A DNA stretch of 64,000 bases from Blastocystis sp. Blastoise (GCA_039096225.1 JBBPEB010000019.1:62001-126000), one strand, 5' to 3'; shown: positions 37,454 to 62,719, counted from the first letter of the stretch. The notes: generated by a model from the letters alone, not told the origin. A program made the numbers and translations.

Positions 37454-38440
37454 TTCACTATATTCTTTACAGGATATTCAAACAATTGATCATAAAAAAA
37501 TATGGTTTTCCCTATTACTTGAATCAATAATATAACAAGCAAAATTAATATTTTTTTTTAATGTAAAAAATAAGGGTTTTTCATTATAACTGAATAATCG
37601 TATTTCTTAGTAAATAATCACAGCAAGTTGACCGTTTTTCCTGATTATAAAAACTACAATTTTATAAGATCAAAAATGAAAACGAGAAACTAATGTGTTT
37701 ATTTTGCTTTTCGTAAAAGAAGAAAAATATCGAAAATTCCTGGTAAGAAATATGTTTTTCTAGAAATTATTTTCATAAAAATAAAAAGGAGAATTTATTT
37801 GTGTTTATCCTTATGTTTGATTTCAATAAAATACGTATTCGTTTGAATATTTTAATGAGAATCTATTTCAAATATATGAAGAAACAAAATACAACTTGAT
37901 AAAGTAGAATTTAAAAGATATAAGAAACAAATAGTAATGTACAAGAAAATAAAATGAGAAAAATAAGAAAAGAAATATGTAAATAAAGCATAAAGCATAC
38001 CAATAAAATTAGCAAAAGTAATGATTTCATATTTATGAAAACTCATAAAAGAAAATTAGCTTAAATTTAAAAAAGAAGAAGAAATATTAAGATAAAAACA
38101 TATATATTTAAATTGTAGTATACACAGAAGCAATAATAGTTGATAGAATACATGAATGAATACAAAGAGTATAGAATAAAAAAAAAAAAAAAGAAAATAA
38201 ATTTACTATATTATATTAAATCCCCTAAATAAGAATATATGTTAAACATATATATATATATTTAGTATAAATCATGAAAATAATAATATAATAAATAGTA
38301 TTTAATGAATTAAAAAAGAGTACACACAAAAAAAGAAGATATTCTATTTATATTTATTTAATATTTATTAGATTTATAAATAGTTAATATATATATTTAA
38401 TATATAAGTATGAATAAAGAATAATTTTTAATATATATAT

Positions 38441-38739
38441 TTATCCAATTAGAGGTTTATCTTCTAAATACATATTATCATTATCTTCATCATCTTCTTC
38501 CATACAGGCTACTATAATAGTAATATCATCGACAACTTGTTCTTCATTATACCATTTCTTCCATGATAACGAAGATAACGTATTTACAGCATCCTTTAGA
38601 GGATAATAATAATATTATATATATTATAAATAATAATAAATAAATAAATAAATAAATAATAGCATATAAAATTATTTAAATAAATAAATAATAGCATATA
38701 AAATTATTTAAATAAATAAATAATAGCATATAAAATTAT

Positions 38740-38771
<32 letters not shown>

Positions 38772-39702
38772 CATATATATACTTCTGTATCTTGTGCTTT
38801 ATCTAATACTCCAACTACTTCTTCTTTTGTAATAAACTCCCAAAGACCGTCTGTTGCTATAACTATGATTTTATCCTTATCTGTTAATTCTCGTTCATAC
38901 ACAGTTGGAGTACTTAAAACACCTTATAAATAAATATAAAAGTAGTTATTATGATAAATAGATTGATTCTAATATATATATATATATATATATGTATACC
39001 AACAGTATGAGAGAGACAATCTCCTAAACTACGTGTCATAGCTAATCCAGGAATATCACTGTGTTTTAACCATACTCTTAAGGGACCAACTTCACCATCA
39101 TCGTAAGTCAATGAAAACACACGACCACCTTTAGTATTATTTATATTATTATAGGGAAAGTAATAAATATAAATATAAATATAAATATAAATATAAATAA
39201 ATATAAATAAATATAATATAAAAATAAAAATAAATAAAATAATAATAATAAAAATATAAAAAAAAAATAAAAATATAATAATAATAATATATAAATACCA
39301 TTTTCAAGAATACGATCTGATTCTTCTTTAACAGCAGGTTTATGATCTTCTGTTTCAAATGTTGTTACTAATTTATCATCGTCTTGACTTACTAACATAC
39401 CTCTTGAATCACCAACATTTAATACAAGAAGATGAGTATTACGAATTATCCATATATTCGCTGTAGTACCACTTAAATCAGAATTTATATAATTATCTAT
39501 TGATTTTAAATAAATATATATACATTAATATATATATTAATATATATATATATATATACTTTGAATACATTGTGATTCAGCTTTATCTAAAGAATCAACA
39601 GCAGCTTCTTTTAAATTTGTTTCATACAAAGGATGATTTATTAATTTACGATAAAAAGTATCGGATATAGACTATATAACAATTATTTATTGAAATAAAA
39701 GG

Positions 39703-39747
<45 letters not shown>

Positions 39748-40305
39748 TTCACTAACACAATGACCATGTTCTCCATGACCATCAAAAACAGCCAAGATAA
39801 TTGTACCTGTTTTTAAATCTTCTTTCATTAATAATGTATCTTGATTTGCTTTTTTTAAATTATAAGGAACGTATCTATATATTGTATAATTATTACTAAT
39901 AAAAAAAAAATAATTAATTGAAAAAAAAATATTGAATAAAAAATATAAATAGAAGAGAAATCAAGAATCAAGAATCAAGAATCAAAAATCAAAAAAAAAA
40001 AAATAAAAAAAAAAAAAAAATCTTTACCCTTTTTGACTTTTGCCAAAGTATTCGTTAATACAATGTTTATTTTTATGTATGACTTGATTTGGGATATCAT
40101 GAGATATATCATCATTTTCAAAACCATCTAAATTGATATCTGTTCCAGAAACAGATAATTTTCTTCTTAAAAAACGAACACGAGCTGTTTCATCATCTGA
40201 ATTAACATTATCACTAACTTGTCTATCATGATCTGGATCCTGTAACTCAACTGAAGGAGAAGTCGAACAGTCCATTGGACTTGGTGTTTTAGAAACGGGT
40301 AACAT
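38441..40305 (-). CDS. PP2C/PPM-family protein phosphatase, ~7 exons
   Basis: NQD, AVFDGHGEHG, SGTTA, NVGDSRG, TEDHKP, PGLAMTRSLGD, IATDGLWE and DDITII motifs across the exons. Confidence 0.93.
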
Positions 40306-40772
40306 ATTTAATAAATAAAAAAAAATCTTTGTTTTCACTACGTTATCAGAATATATACGTATATATACAGAAAAAAGGAAAAAAAACGTAGATACTTTTG
40401 TTTTTAAAACACAATATCTATTTATTTTTAACTTCGGACCATACAGTGTCATCTATCTTATCTATTCTCTTAATAAAATATTTTGATTTTTGGTACTTAT
40501 CTTCAGAATATGGGCCAATTTTTTTCGACTTCTCTTTACTCTTTAAAAAAACAAAAATATAAACATAGATTTTTTTGACTGATTTTTTCTGAATAGTATT
40601 TAAGATTTTTCATTTCATATTTTTTTAAAATATTCATGATTTTTATTTTTTAATTAGTTTGTTTAAAAATCTATATTTTCTTCATCATACTCTAATCATT
40701 AGTTGATTTATATAAAAAGATCGATTAAATATATATATATCAATATTTTTGTATCTAAGAATTACGTTATAA

Positions 40773-53288
<12,516 letters not shown>

Positions 53289-54490
53289 TAATAATATATT
53301 AAATAATAATATTAAATAATAATAATATATTAAATAATAATAATTAAAAAATACCTGACATAATATCTACTCTCTAAAATTTTATACCTTCTCTTTTTTC
53401 AAATAATTCCAATATTTCCACGGGAATACAGTATTCTATTTATTCAAAAAATAATAATTTTATCAATAAAAAAAAAATAAATAAACTATGTATATATATC
53501 TATAAACTATTTTATTTATTTTACAAATTTATTCTGTAATTCTTTTTTTTTTTTATATTTTTCACTTTTTTCTACAAAATTTATTATATATTTATATCTA
53601 TTATTTTATGTATATATAAAAATACATTTAGTCTTATTATTTATTGTTTATTTTATTTTTCTATATATTATGTATTATCAGATCTTTACATTTTACTTAC
53701 AATCTTCAAATTATTATTATATTCTAGATATGTATCTTCTTATATATTACAGTTATTTCTTTTAATTAATATAAGAAAATTGTCCACTTTTTTTAAATCT
53801 ATTTTTTTTATATTTATTAAAATGCTTATTATTGAAGTAGATATCATTTCTATCTTTTATCATTTTTGCTTTCTATTGCTCTATAACTATTTGATCTATT
53901 ATATCATTTTTGTTCATTTCAAACAGACTTTTTTGTTATTAATTATTTGTTCAATAAGAATTTGTACGATATTCTTATAATTGATGTAAAAATATATGGA
54001 CAAACCACATTGATTATACTAGCATTTAATATATTTAATTTTATATTTCACATTGAACAACAATGAGTTTCAATCTAGAATCTATTGTTTATTTATTATT
54101 AGATATGTAGAAATATAATAGTTTAGGATCAATTAATTGCATTCTTATTAAATAATAGCTATAAATGATAAATAAATTATAAAAAATTAAAAAAAAATAG
54201 TACCAATTTATAATCAAGATTATCATTAGAGTAATTACTCGAGATTTACAAAAAAAAACCGTATAAATGTTTTTCCCCAAAAAAGTAATAAACGCTGTTA
54301 TATAAAAATATGTTTTTTAGAAAATCTCTAAGTAAATCTCTATAAGGAATGGAAAAAAAGTGGATTCTGTGTCCACTCTTTTTTAACATTTTCCACCAAA
54401 AAAACTCTGTTTTAGATAATCTCAATTTTAGGTTCAAATATAATATTTAATCATGAATATATTTAAATTTTGAGACTTTTTGAAATGAAC

Positions 54491-55844
54491 TTGGCCAGAC
54501 TAAATTGCGCTATTAACTGTTCTCGGTTTCTGGCGGATACTACTAACCAGAAAGATAACAAAAAAAAGCCAGTGAAAAAATTGGTTTTATCACGATTATA
54601 AAGTAGTATTCTTTTGATCATTTTTCAAAAATAAAAATCGAGGTACAAAAATCGTTTTTTGCTATTTTAAGGGCAAAGACGTTTGAATATAAAAGAAATT
54701 ATATTTTTATTTATACATATATGTTATTTGAATTATAAGAAAAGTGTGAAATATATCATAACATTAAAAACAAAGAGATATTAAGAGAAAGTCAATAATC
54801 ATTAAAATAATAAGAATATAGAGAAAAAAAGTTAATAAACCTGGGAATGCTAAAAAAATTCTTTTTTTTCCATATTATTTAATTCTCTATTTTAGATTAA
54901 TAACAGAAAAAAACTATTTAAATTTAATTAATTCAGATATTATTATATGTATATATTTGTGGAAAAATATCATTTAAAGCTATAAACGTTATTTTCTAAG
55001 AATCAATACAATTATGTTTATAAAATATGACTATTCAAGCATAATTAACAAGATGTGTATTTTTAAAATATTTATTTAAAACAAATTGCAACTAAAAAAC
55101 TATTTTGTGTATGTGAATATAATGTGAATTAATAAATGGCAACATTTACGTGTTTAAATCGTTGTTTAAGAAACACTGAGACATTTCTTAGGAATAAAAC
55201 CGATTTATTTCTCATTTTGAGTATTCAGAAAACACGGACTTTTTAATAAAATATTTTAATATATGTAGTCTTAGTAATAATACTTTGCTGATTATACACG
55301 AATAATGCATTTTATAAACATAATTGTATTGATTCTTAGAAAATAACGTTTATAGCTTTAAATGATATTTTTCCACAAATATATACATATAATAATATCT
55401 GAATTAATTAAATTTAAATAGTTTTTTTCTGTTATTAATCTAAAATAGAGAATTAAATAATATGGAAAAAAAAGAATTTTTTTAGCATTCCCAGGTTTAT
55501 TAACTTTTTTTCTCTATATTCTTATTATTTTAATGATTATAGACTTTTCTTAATATCTCATTTATTTTTAATGTTATGATTCATATCTCACTTTTCTTAT
55601 AATTTAAATAACATATATATATAAATAAAAATATAATTTCTTTTATATTCAAATAATTTTGCCCTTAAAATAGCAAAAAACGTGTTTTTGTACCTCGATT
55701 TTTTGTTTTTAAAAAATTGTCAGAAATAACTACTTTATAATCGTGATAAGATCGATTTTTTCACTGCGTTTTTTTTGTCATTTTCTGGTTTAAAATATCC
55801 GCCAGAAACCGAGAACAGTTAATAGCGCAATTTAGTCTGGCCAA
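54491..55844. mobile_element. Non-autonomous foldback/MITE-like DNA transposon, probably hAT superfamily
   Basis: 536-bp terminal inverted repeats (54491-55026 and 55309-55844, starting TTGGCCAGACTAAATTGCGC) around a 282-bp spacer. Exact 8-bp TSD AAATGAAC at 54483-54490 and 55845-55852. Confidence 0.92.
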
Positions 55845-56191
55845 AAATGAACACAAAAAAATAGTTGTTTTTATGTTCAGTGATTTATTTCTAATTATTA
55901 TTTCTAATTATAAAAAAAAAATTAACTTTCAGCCAATATAAAACAAAAGAAAGAATAATATCATGTATTCATAATAAATATATTAGTAAATAATAATTAA
56001 AAGAAGAAAGAAAAATAAAGAAAAAACGCACTAAAAAACCACCAAAAATATACATAAAAATGGCGCCAAATATCTTATTTCCCCGCATTTATTTTATTAT
56101 TTTGGGGCAAAAAAGAAAGTAATATAGTATTATTAAACTATTTGTTAAATAGACATATAAGCAGTGTGAATAGAGTCGAAAATAACAGAAA

Positions 56192-57513
56192 ATGGCTGTT
56201 AATCATACAAAGAGAAGTATATAAAAATCTATAATAAAATACAGCAAAATAAATAAAATGTTTATATAGAAAGTAACTCGAAGAAAGAAAAGAATAATAA
56301 TACGAGAAATAAAGAGAAAACAAAGGCATCAACAGTACCAAGAAGAAGTGAACGTCTCAATAAAAGAATTGGTAAATTGCCTAGCAACCAAACACAAGAA
56401 GATATCGTATCTACTGAAAATGAGCCTTCAATAGCATCAAAGAAAGAGAAAAAAACAAAAATTACGGTTCAGGATAGATTAAGAATGATGACTGATGATA
56501 GATGCAGTCTATTTGAAGACAGAAATTATTTTGTACAAAGAGATGAAGATTTATATTGCAACATATGCAAGAAGATAGTAGATTATACTAACATCAGCCA
56601 TATATATTCTCATATAAAGAGTAAGAGACATTGTCTTAGAAGAAAGAATAAAGAAGAAACAGCACCTAAAGAAACGTTTGAAGTTGCTGAAAAAAGAAGA
56701 AATAATTTAGAAGTAGATCTATGTCGTGCTATGGTAGCTTCTAATAGATTATTGAAGGCTGTTGATGATGAACCGCTGAAATATTTCTTTTCACAATACT
56801 TGGATAGAAGTATTCCATGCTCAAAAACCCTTAAGGACAAGTATTTACCAATTGTGTATAGCACAGATAAAGAGAAGATAAAAGAAATACTGAAACCTGA
56901 AGGAGAAAGATTAGAATTATATAATAGTAGCAATAATAGTAGTAAGAGAATACAAATTTTTGTTGATTCAACAACGGACATGTGCGGAAGAGAAGTAGTA
57001 GCTATTCTTGCTAAAGTAATATCATCATCTGCAAACGAATATACTGCTTTAGAAGAAATCAATCCAATCTTCTTGCTAGATATAAAAGAAAATCATAATA
57101 TAAATGGAATTAAGTATGCATCGATGATTTATGATGTAATAAGAGATTATGAGATGAAGGATACAAACATAGTTCTATTTACATCAGATAACGCTACTGT
57201 TATGTATAAAACAGCAGAACTTCTATCAATTTCTTTTAGAAACATTAATCATCTTCCTTGTATATGCCATCTGATCAATATTCTAGGTTCAACTATTCAA
57301 GAGAATTTGGAGTCTAGCGATTCATTAATCAGATATATGAATAACTATTTTAGCTTTTCTATATATAAAAAAAACTCGTTAAAAGAATATCTTATAAGTA
57401 AAGGATTTGAAAAGGCTACATACATTCCACAGTATATTGAGACAAGATGGTCATCATTCTATGAATGCCTTGTATATCATAGCACCTATATAGATCAATC
57501 ATTACTATTATAA
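56192..57513 (+). pseudogene. hAT-superfamily transposase, 3'-truncated, with one 5' intron (56217-56269)
   Basis: BED-like finger CNIC...HIKSKRH, DSTTD and SDNA (first two catalytic Asp), CICH (CxxH) and TRWSS. The catalytic Glu and dimerization domain are missing. ATG 56192 splices in frame to the 56377 ORF. Confidence 0.85.
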
Positions 57514-58129
57514 AGCAAATAGGCAAAAAAATTCCCATTGGTCAGTTTTTGGAAAAACCATTTGATTGGCTACTATATACTATAGTTTGTCGCCGCAACT
57601 CCTCTAAACTTACGGGGAGTTAACTTTTGGTTGAAACACAGTTCAATACGATATAACGTGTAGTTTTGCACCGTATATTTGGATAAGCGATATTGTTTAT
57701 AATTAAAAAGTTATTAATAAAAAAACAGAAAACATGATTTTTGAGTCGTTTTTGATTGGCTCTTTGGGGTGACCCCGATAAAAATTGTTGACCAGACAAT
57801 TGAAAAATAAACATGGGGTAAACTTGATTTTTTTCTCAATCCCACAATATACGTTATCCGTGTTTATTCTTTATATTTATCTATTTTTTAATACTTTTTC
57901 ATATTGAACACGTGAGGCCTTAACGGTCAAATTTAGATTCTCAATTTGACATGATATTCTGATTCAGGAGGTCCAAAAACCTAGGTGTAGCGATTTTGAG
58001 CTCCTGAGGACGATTTTTGAGTGATCGATATTTTCTTCGATCTTCTTATAATGGACTAATATTGTAGCATAGTAATCAATAGGTCATCAAACTACTATAG
58101 TTAAAACAGAGTTTTAAAATAACGAGTTT

Positions 58130-59150
58130 AAAAGTGACAATTTTGAAAAATGTGAATTAAGTGGTCTTAGAGTGAGAGATTCAATATTATGACTTTTATT
58201 TAGTAAACTAGACTTATAACTCTATTCTATATTAAAAGGAGAGTCAAAATTATGAAGGTCAAAGTGTATGACCAAATGACAAAATGTGTCTTAAAAAGTA
58301 AAAGGGTTTATATATGTGTTTAGAATCATGTATCAAGTCTATTTTATGAATAAGAGCTTTAAATAAATAGTTTAAGGTTGTCAAATTTAAAAGAATGTGT
58401 AAAACATAGTCTTAAACTATGAATAAAAAATTTAGAGATATTAATTAGTGTACAGCTGTAGTAGCTCTACAACATATCAAAAGTACAGTTAAAATAATTT
58501 TTAAAGAATGGATGTGTGAGGTGTTGTGACTATTATTTAAAATTTATTTTTACTTCAGTTTGAGCAAAATCGTGTTTTTGGAACACTGTAGAAAAATTAA
58601 CTTAAAAAATCAACTCTAAGGGTCTTAATTTTTAGAAAATGTAAAAATGAGTGACTTAGAGGACGAGATTCAAAATAAGAGCTTTTAGTCATTAAACTAG
58701 AGTGTATAACCTATATTATATTAAAAGGAGGGACAAAAATATTTTGATCAAAGTGTATGACCAAATGGTAAAGTGTCTTTAAAAAGTCTAAAGTGTTGAC
58801 TAATGTGTTCATAGGTCTAAATCAAGTTTAATTTTAAAATATTAGCTTTATATAATAAGTTAAAGGTTGTCTATTTGTCAAAATGTATTAAGTAGTGTCT
58901 TAAACAAAGAGATTCAAGAAGTTGACTTTCATTTTATAGATAGCATGTGTATATAAACACTTTATGAAAAGTACTTTAGAAAATATTGTGGATGAGTGTT
59001 TTGCCAAATGGTAAAGTTGTATCAAGAGTTGATTGTTTCCATTCCTTTTTGTATAAATCAATGTTTCGTGTTTACTCTATAAAAATAAATTATTAATACT
59101 GAGTTTAACGTTTTAAAGTCGACATGTGTGTTTGGTTTGTTTACTTTTAA
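58130..59150. repeat. Diverged tandem repeat with ~245-bp period and ~490-bp dimer (block 1)
   Basis: AAAGTGTATGACCAAATG at 58261 and 58751; GAGATTCAA at ~58175, ~58665 and ~58909. Confidence 0.8.
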
Positions 59151-59377
59151 TTATTAAAATTGAGTTTAAATTGATAAATTATGTCAGACACGTCTATATT
59201 GATTGATTCAAACAGTTTAGAGATAATTTATTTGTTTGAGTATAAATAGATTTGTTCTCATTGTGACTGTTGTTAAGAAGAGGAAGTCTAAAAAAGCTAT
59301 AAAAAGTTAGATATATATGTTTAAGATCAAAATTGAAAAGTATAAATTAAAATGGTTTAAAATAAATTTAAAAAAGA

Positions 59378-59432
<55 letters not shown>

Positions 59433-59465
59433 GTGAATAAAATATTAAAAAATAAAAAAATAACA

Positions 59466-59531
59466 CTTTATGTCAGGAATTGAACCTGAAAACAATCTAT
59501 ATGATTGTTTCTCTCCTTCTAGAGCATAAAA
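59466..59531 (-). ncRNA. tRNA-like cloverleaf, copy 1 (not a canonical tRNA)
   Basis: TTTTATG-CTCT(AGAAGG)AGAG-AAACAATC(ATATA)GATTGTTT-TCAGG(TTCAATT)CCTGA-CATAAAG; canonical T-arm/B-box. Confidence 0.7.
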
Positions 59532-60110
59532 GGAGTTTATAAATAATAATAATAATCAAATATATATATTTATATATATATAATAAGAAGGAAATGAAGT
59601 GGAAGGATGAGGAAGAAGGAAGTAGGAAGGATTAGGAAGAAGAAGTAAGAATAAGGAAGGATGAGGAAGAAGGATGAGAAAGAAGGAAGTAAGAAGAAGT
59701 AAGAATAAGGAAGGATGAGGAAGAAGGAAGAATCCAGAATGAAGAAGAAGTAAGTAAGAAGAATCAAAGATGAGGAAGAAGGAAGAAGGAAGTAGGAAGT
59801 AGGAAGTAGGAAGCATGAATGAAGAATGAAATAGGAAGAAGGAAGCATGAATGGAGAAGGAAATAGGAAGAAGGAAGAAGGAATGAAGAAGGAAATAGGA
59901 AGTAGAAAGAATGAGAAAGAAGTAAGAAGGAAGAAGAAAGAAGAAAAAAAAGAATAAGAAGATTTTAAACCTATATAAAATAGAAAACATATAAAAAAGA
60001 TAATATAAATAATTAATAAATACATAAATAAATATTAAAAATAAATAAATAAACATATAAAATAAATAAATAATAATAAATAAATAAACATATAAATATA
60101 ATAAATATAA

Positions 60111-60153
<43 letters not shown>

Positions 60154-60570
60154 AATAAATAAATAAATAAATAAATAAAATAAATTTAATAAATAAAATA
60201 TAAATAAATAAAGAAACAATAAATAACAAAAATAATAAATAAAATATAAATATATACATATAAATCAACCTGAAACCACAGATTTAAAAGAAAGACATGA
60301 AAAAACGAAGAGTATAACACACACATCAGTTACATTTTCTTCCCTATAGAATAAAAATAACTAATAATCTATTGATTAATTATATATAAAGAAAATATAA
60401 ACCAAAAAGATAATAAAAAAAGAAACAATTAAAGAAACAAATGAATTAAAAATGAAATATTATAAAAAATATATATATTTATATACCTGACACTAAATAA
60501 ACCATTTCATTTAACCAGGACCACTTCAAGAACCACTAACCATGACAACCAAGGCAAATACAAGAGAATC
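59532..60570 (-). ncRNA. Putative spliced non-coding transcript (exons 60570-60487, 60343-60270, 59970 onward)
   Basis: GC-richer islands bounded by TATAG| acceptors and CAG|GT donors like those in real genes of this window; no convincing spliced ORF. Confidence 0.45.
59585..59960 (+). repeat. Polypurine (GAA/GGAA-rich) low-complexity tract; C/U-rich on the minus strand
   Basis: Directly visible; mostly A/G, with AGGAAGAAGG-type subunits. Confidence 0.9.
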
Positions 60571-60925
60571 CTATAAAGAAGTGTATTATTTTAAATAAAT
60601 AAATTAGTATATAAATAGATAAATATAATACTAAGTTAAATAACTTTAAATAAATAAATAAAACACACTAAGTCAATCAATACAATAAAATATTTAAAAA
60701 AGAGTAAAGAACTATGTTTTTTGGGTACCCAAAATGATTTTAAACCAGAATGACCCAATTATTACTTTTGTAATAAAATCAATGAAAAATTAAGGCAATT
60801 TTTGATTTCTATTATGTTTTAAGAAGCATATTTTAAAAATAGACCCTATTATATTTATTAATTCAAATGAAATAGGATTGTTAAATACATAATCTAATAC
60901 TCATTTATATATTAAATTATTAATT

Positions 60926-62280
60926 ATGATGTCTAAGAACAACAAAATTGCTTCAAGGTGGAGGTCTGGAAATAAAAAATAATTTATATTTCAAAGAAAA
61001 TCAGGTATATTGTATCTATTTGTTATTAGTATTCATATTTAGGTTCTTCTACTCAATAGAATCCAGTTATGTATGTTCTTAGTCTTGGTGGTACTTGCTC
61101 TGATGGTCTTAAAGGTATATATTTTCCATTTCTTTTTTTATTAATTATTTATTATATTATTTTAGGTTGTTCTATGTTATTTGTATCATACAGAGGTGGT
61201 GGTGTTGCCTGTTATGCTAACTGTGAAGGTATGTTGTCAATGATTTGTTTTTATTTTTTTAACTTTTCTTTATATATAGGTTCTTCTGTTATTGTAAGTG
61301 ATTCCAATAGTGATATCGGTGTTGATGTAGGTTCTTCTTGCTTTATAGATGGTATGTTACCAATCATTTTTTTTTTTTTTTTATATTTTATTATTATTTT
61401 TTTATTATTTCTATATATATAGGTTCTTCAGTTGTTGTACATGTTAACAGTGATGTTGATAATAGATGTCTGTGTGGTGTTGAAGGTATGTTGTCATTCA
61501 TTTATTTTTCTTTTTTTACTTTTATATATATAGGTTTGTTTTATTGATGTAAATGTTGCTATGGATGTTGTTGGTGATCAGGTAGACTGCTCATATGATA
61601 TTAAAGGTATATATATATTGTCATTCATTTATTATTATTTTTTTTTATTTATTATTTGTCTATTACTGTTTCTTTATAGGTTATTCTACTGTTGTGGTTG
61701 TAGTTGCTGAACGTATTAATGATGAAGGTATGTCTACTTTTTAAATTTAATTTAGTTTATTATTATTTTTATCTTATATAGGTCGTTCTTTTCTTATGGA
61801 GTCTTGGATTAATGGTAATAATGATACAGGTATATTCTTATTTCTTCCTTTCTTTTTTTTTTTGATTTATTAATTATCTTTTCATTATATATAGGTTCTT
61901 CAAGTCAGTTAAGATATCATTGTGTTTCCTCTGTTCCTTCTTTAGAAGGTATATATATATATTTATTGTTTATATATATTTTATCATTTATTATATTATA
62001 TATAGGTGTCTTTTCTAATAGGGGATCTTATCACCCTAATGTTAGCTTTCATTTTAATAATAAAAATGTATCTAAAGGTATATATATATATATATATATA
62101 TAACAAATATTTATAATATTTCTTTTAATATATCTATATCTTATATCTATATAGTGATGGTGTGAATAGTTTTTAATACTGAAGGTATATATATATATGT
62201 TAGATATATTTATTATACTATCTCTTATTATATATATATATATCTTTTATCTATATAGGTTCTCTTAGTGTTATGGTTAT
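60926..62280 (+). pseudogene. Micro-exon gene or pseudogene: 12 exons, internal exons 30-73 nt, phase-1 symmetric
   Basis: Eleven GTAT...TAG introns. Internal exons are 72, 63, 72, 63, 73, 48, 48, 54, 72 and 30 nt and encode G/S/V/C/D-rich modules. In-frame stops in exons 1, 2 and 11, and a 1-nt excess in exon 6. Confidence 0.6.
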
Positions 62281-62445
62281 GTTTAGATTTTTTTTTTTTA
62301 GTTCTTTTTCTTTTTCTTTTGCTTATTATTATTATTATTTTTCACATTTAATAGCTTTCTATTATCTGCTTTCTTTATATTATTTATTTATTTATGCTGT
62401 TGTTATCGTTTTAGCTATTCTATATTTAAATGTTTTCTTTTGTTC

Positions 62446-62483
<38 letters not shown>

Positions 62484-62719
62484 TTAAATTGTGTCGACTA
62501 TTAAGATAATTCTTCAATTACTTAATATATTAAATAGTGTCAAGTTTTTAAATGTTTGGATTCAATTTAATTTAAAATATCTATTGTCCACTTTTAACTT
62601 TATATAGTATAACTGATTTAATACTGTCAATGATTGAGATATTTAAGTTTTGTTTTTCTCCACTAATTCATCTTGCATATATATATTATTGTGTAAATAT
62701 AAAGTCATAAAAGTAAGTT

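Noticed and set aside
58130-59150. CRISPR array
   Set aside because: Eukaryotic context, degenerate repeats, ~200-bp homologous inter-motif sequence and no cas genes.
59466-59531. Canonical tRNA-Ile(TAT) gene
   Set aside because: No unpaired positions 8-9, no U33 and no variable loop; the anticodon-position loop differs between the two copies.
59556-60268. Hydrophobic 150-166-aa ORFs as membrane proteins
   Set aside because: They arise from CTT and TATT low-complexity tracts; several frames are open simply because of composition.
60926-62184. Stop-codon reassignment to explain in-frame stops in the micro-exon chain
   Set aside because: Conserved genes in the window terminate at TAA/TAG and have no internal stops, and all three stop types occur in the chain.
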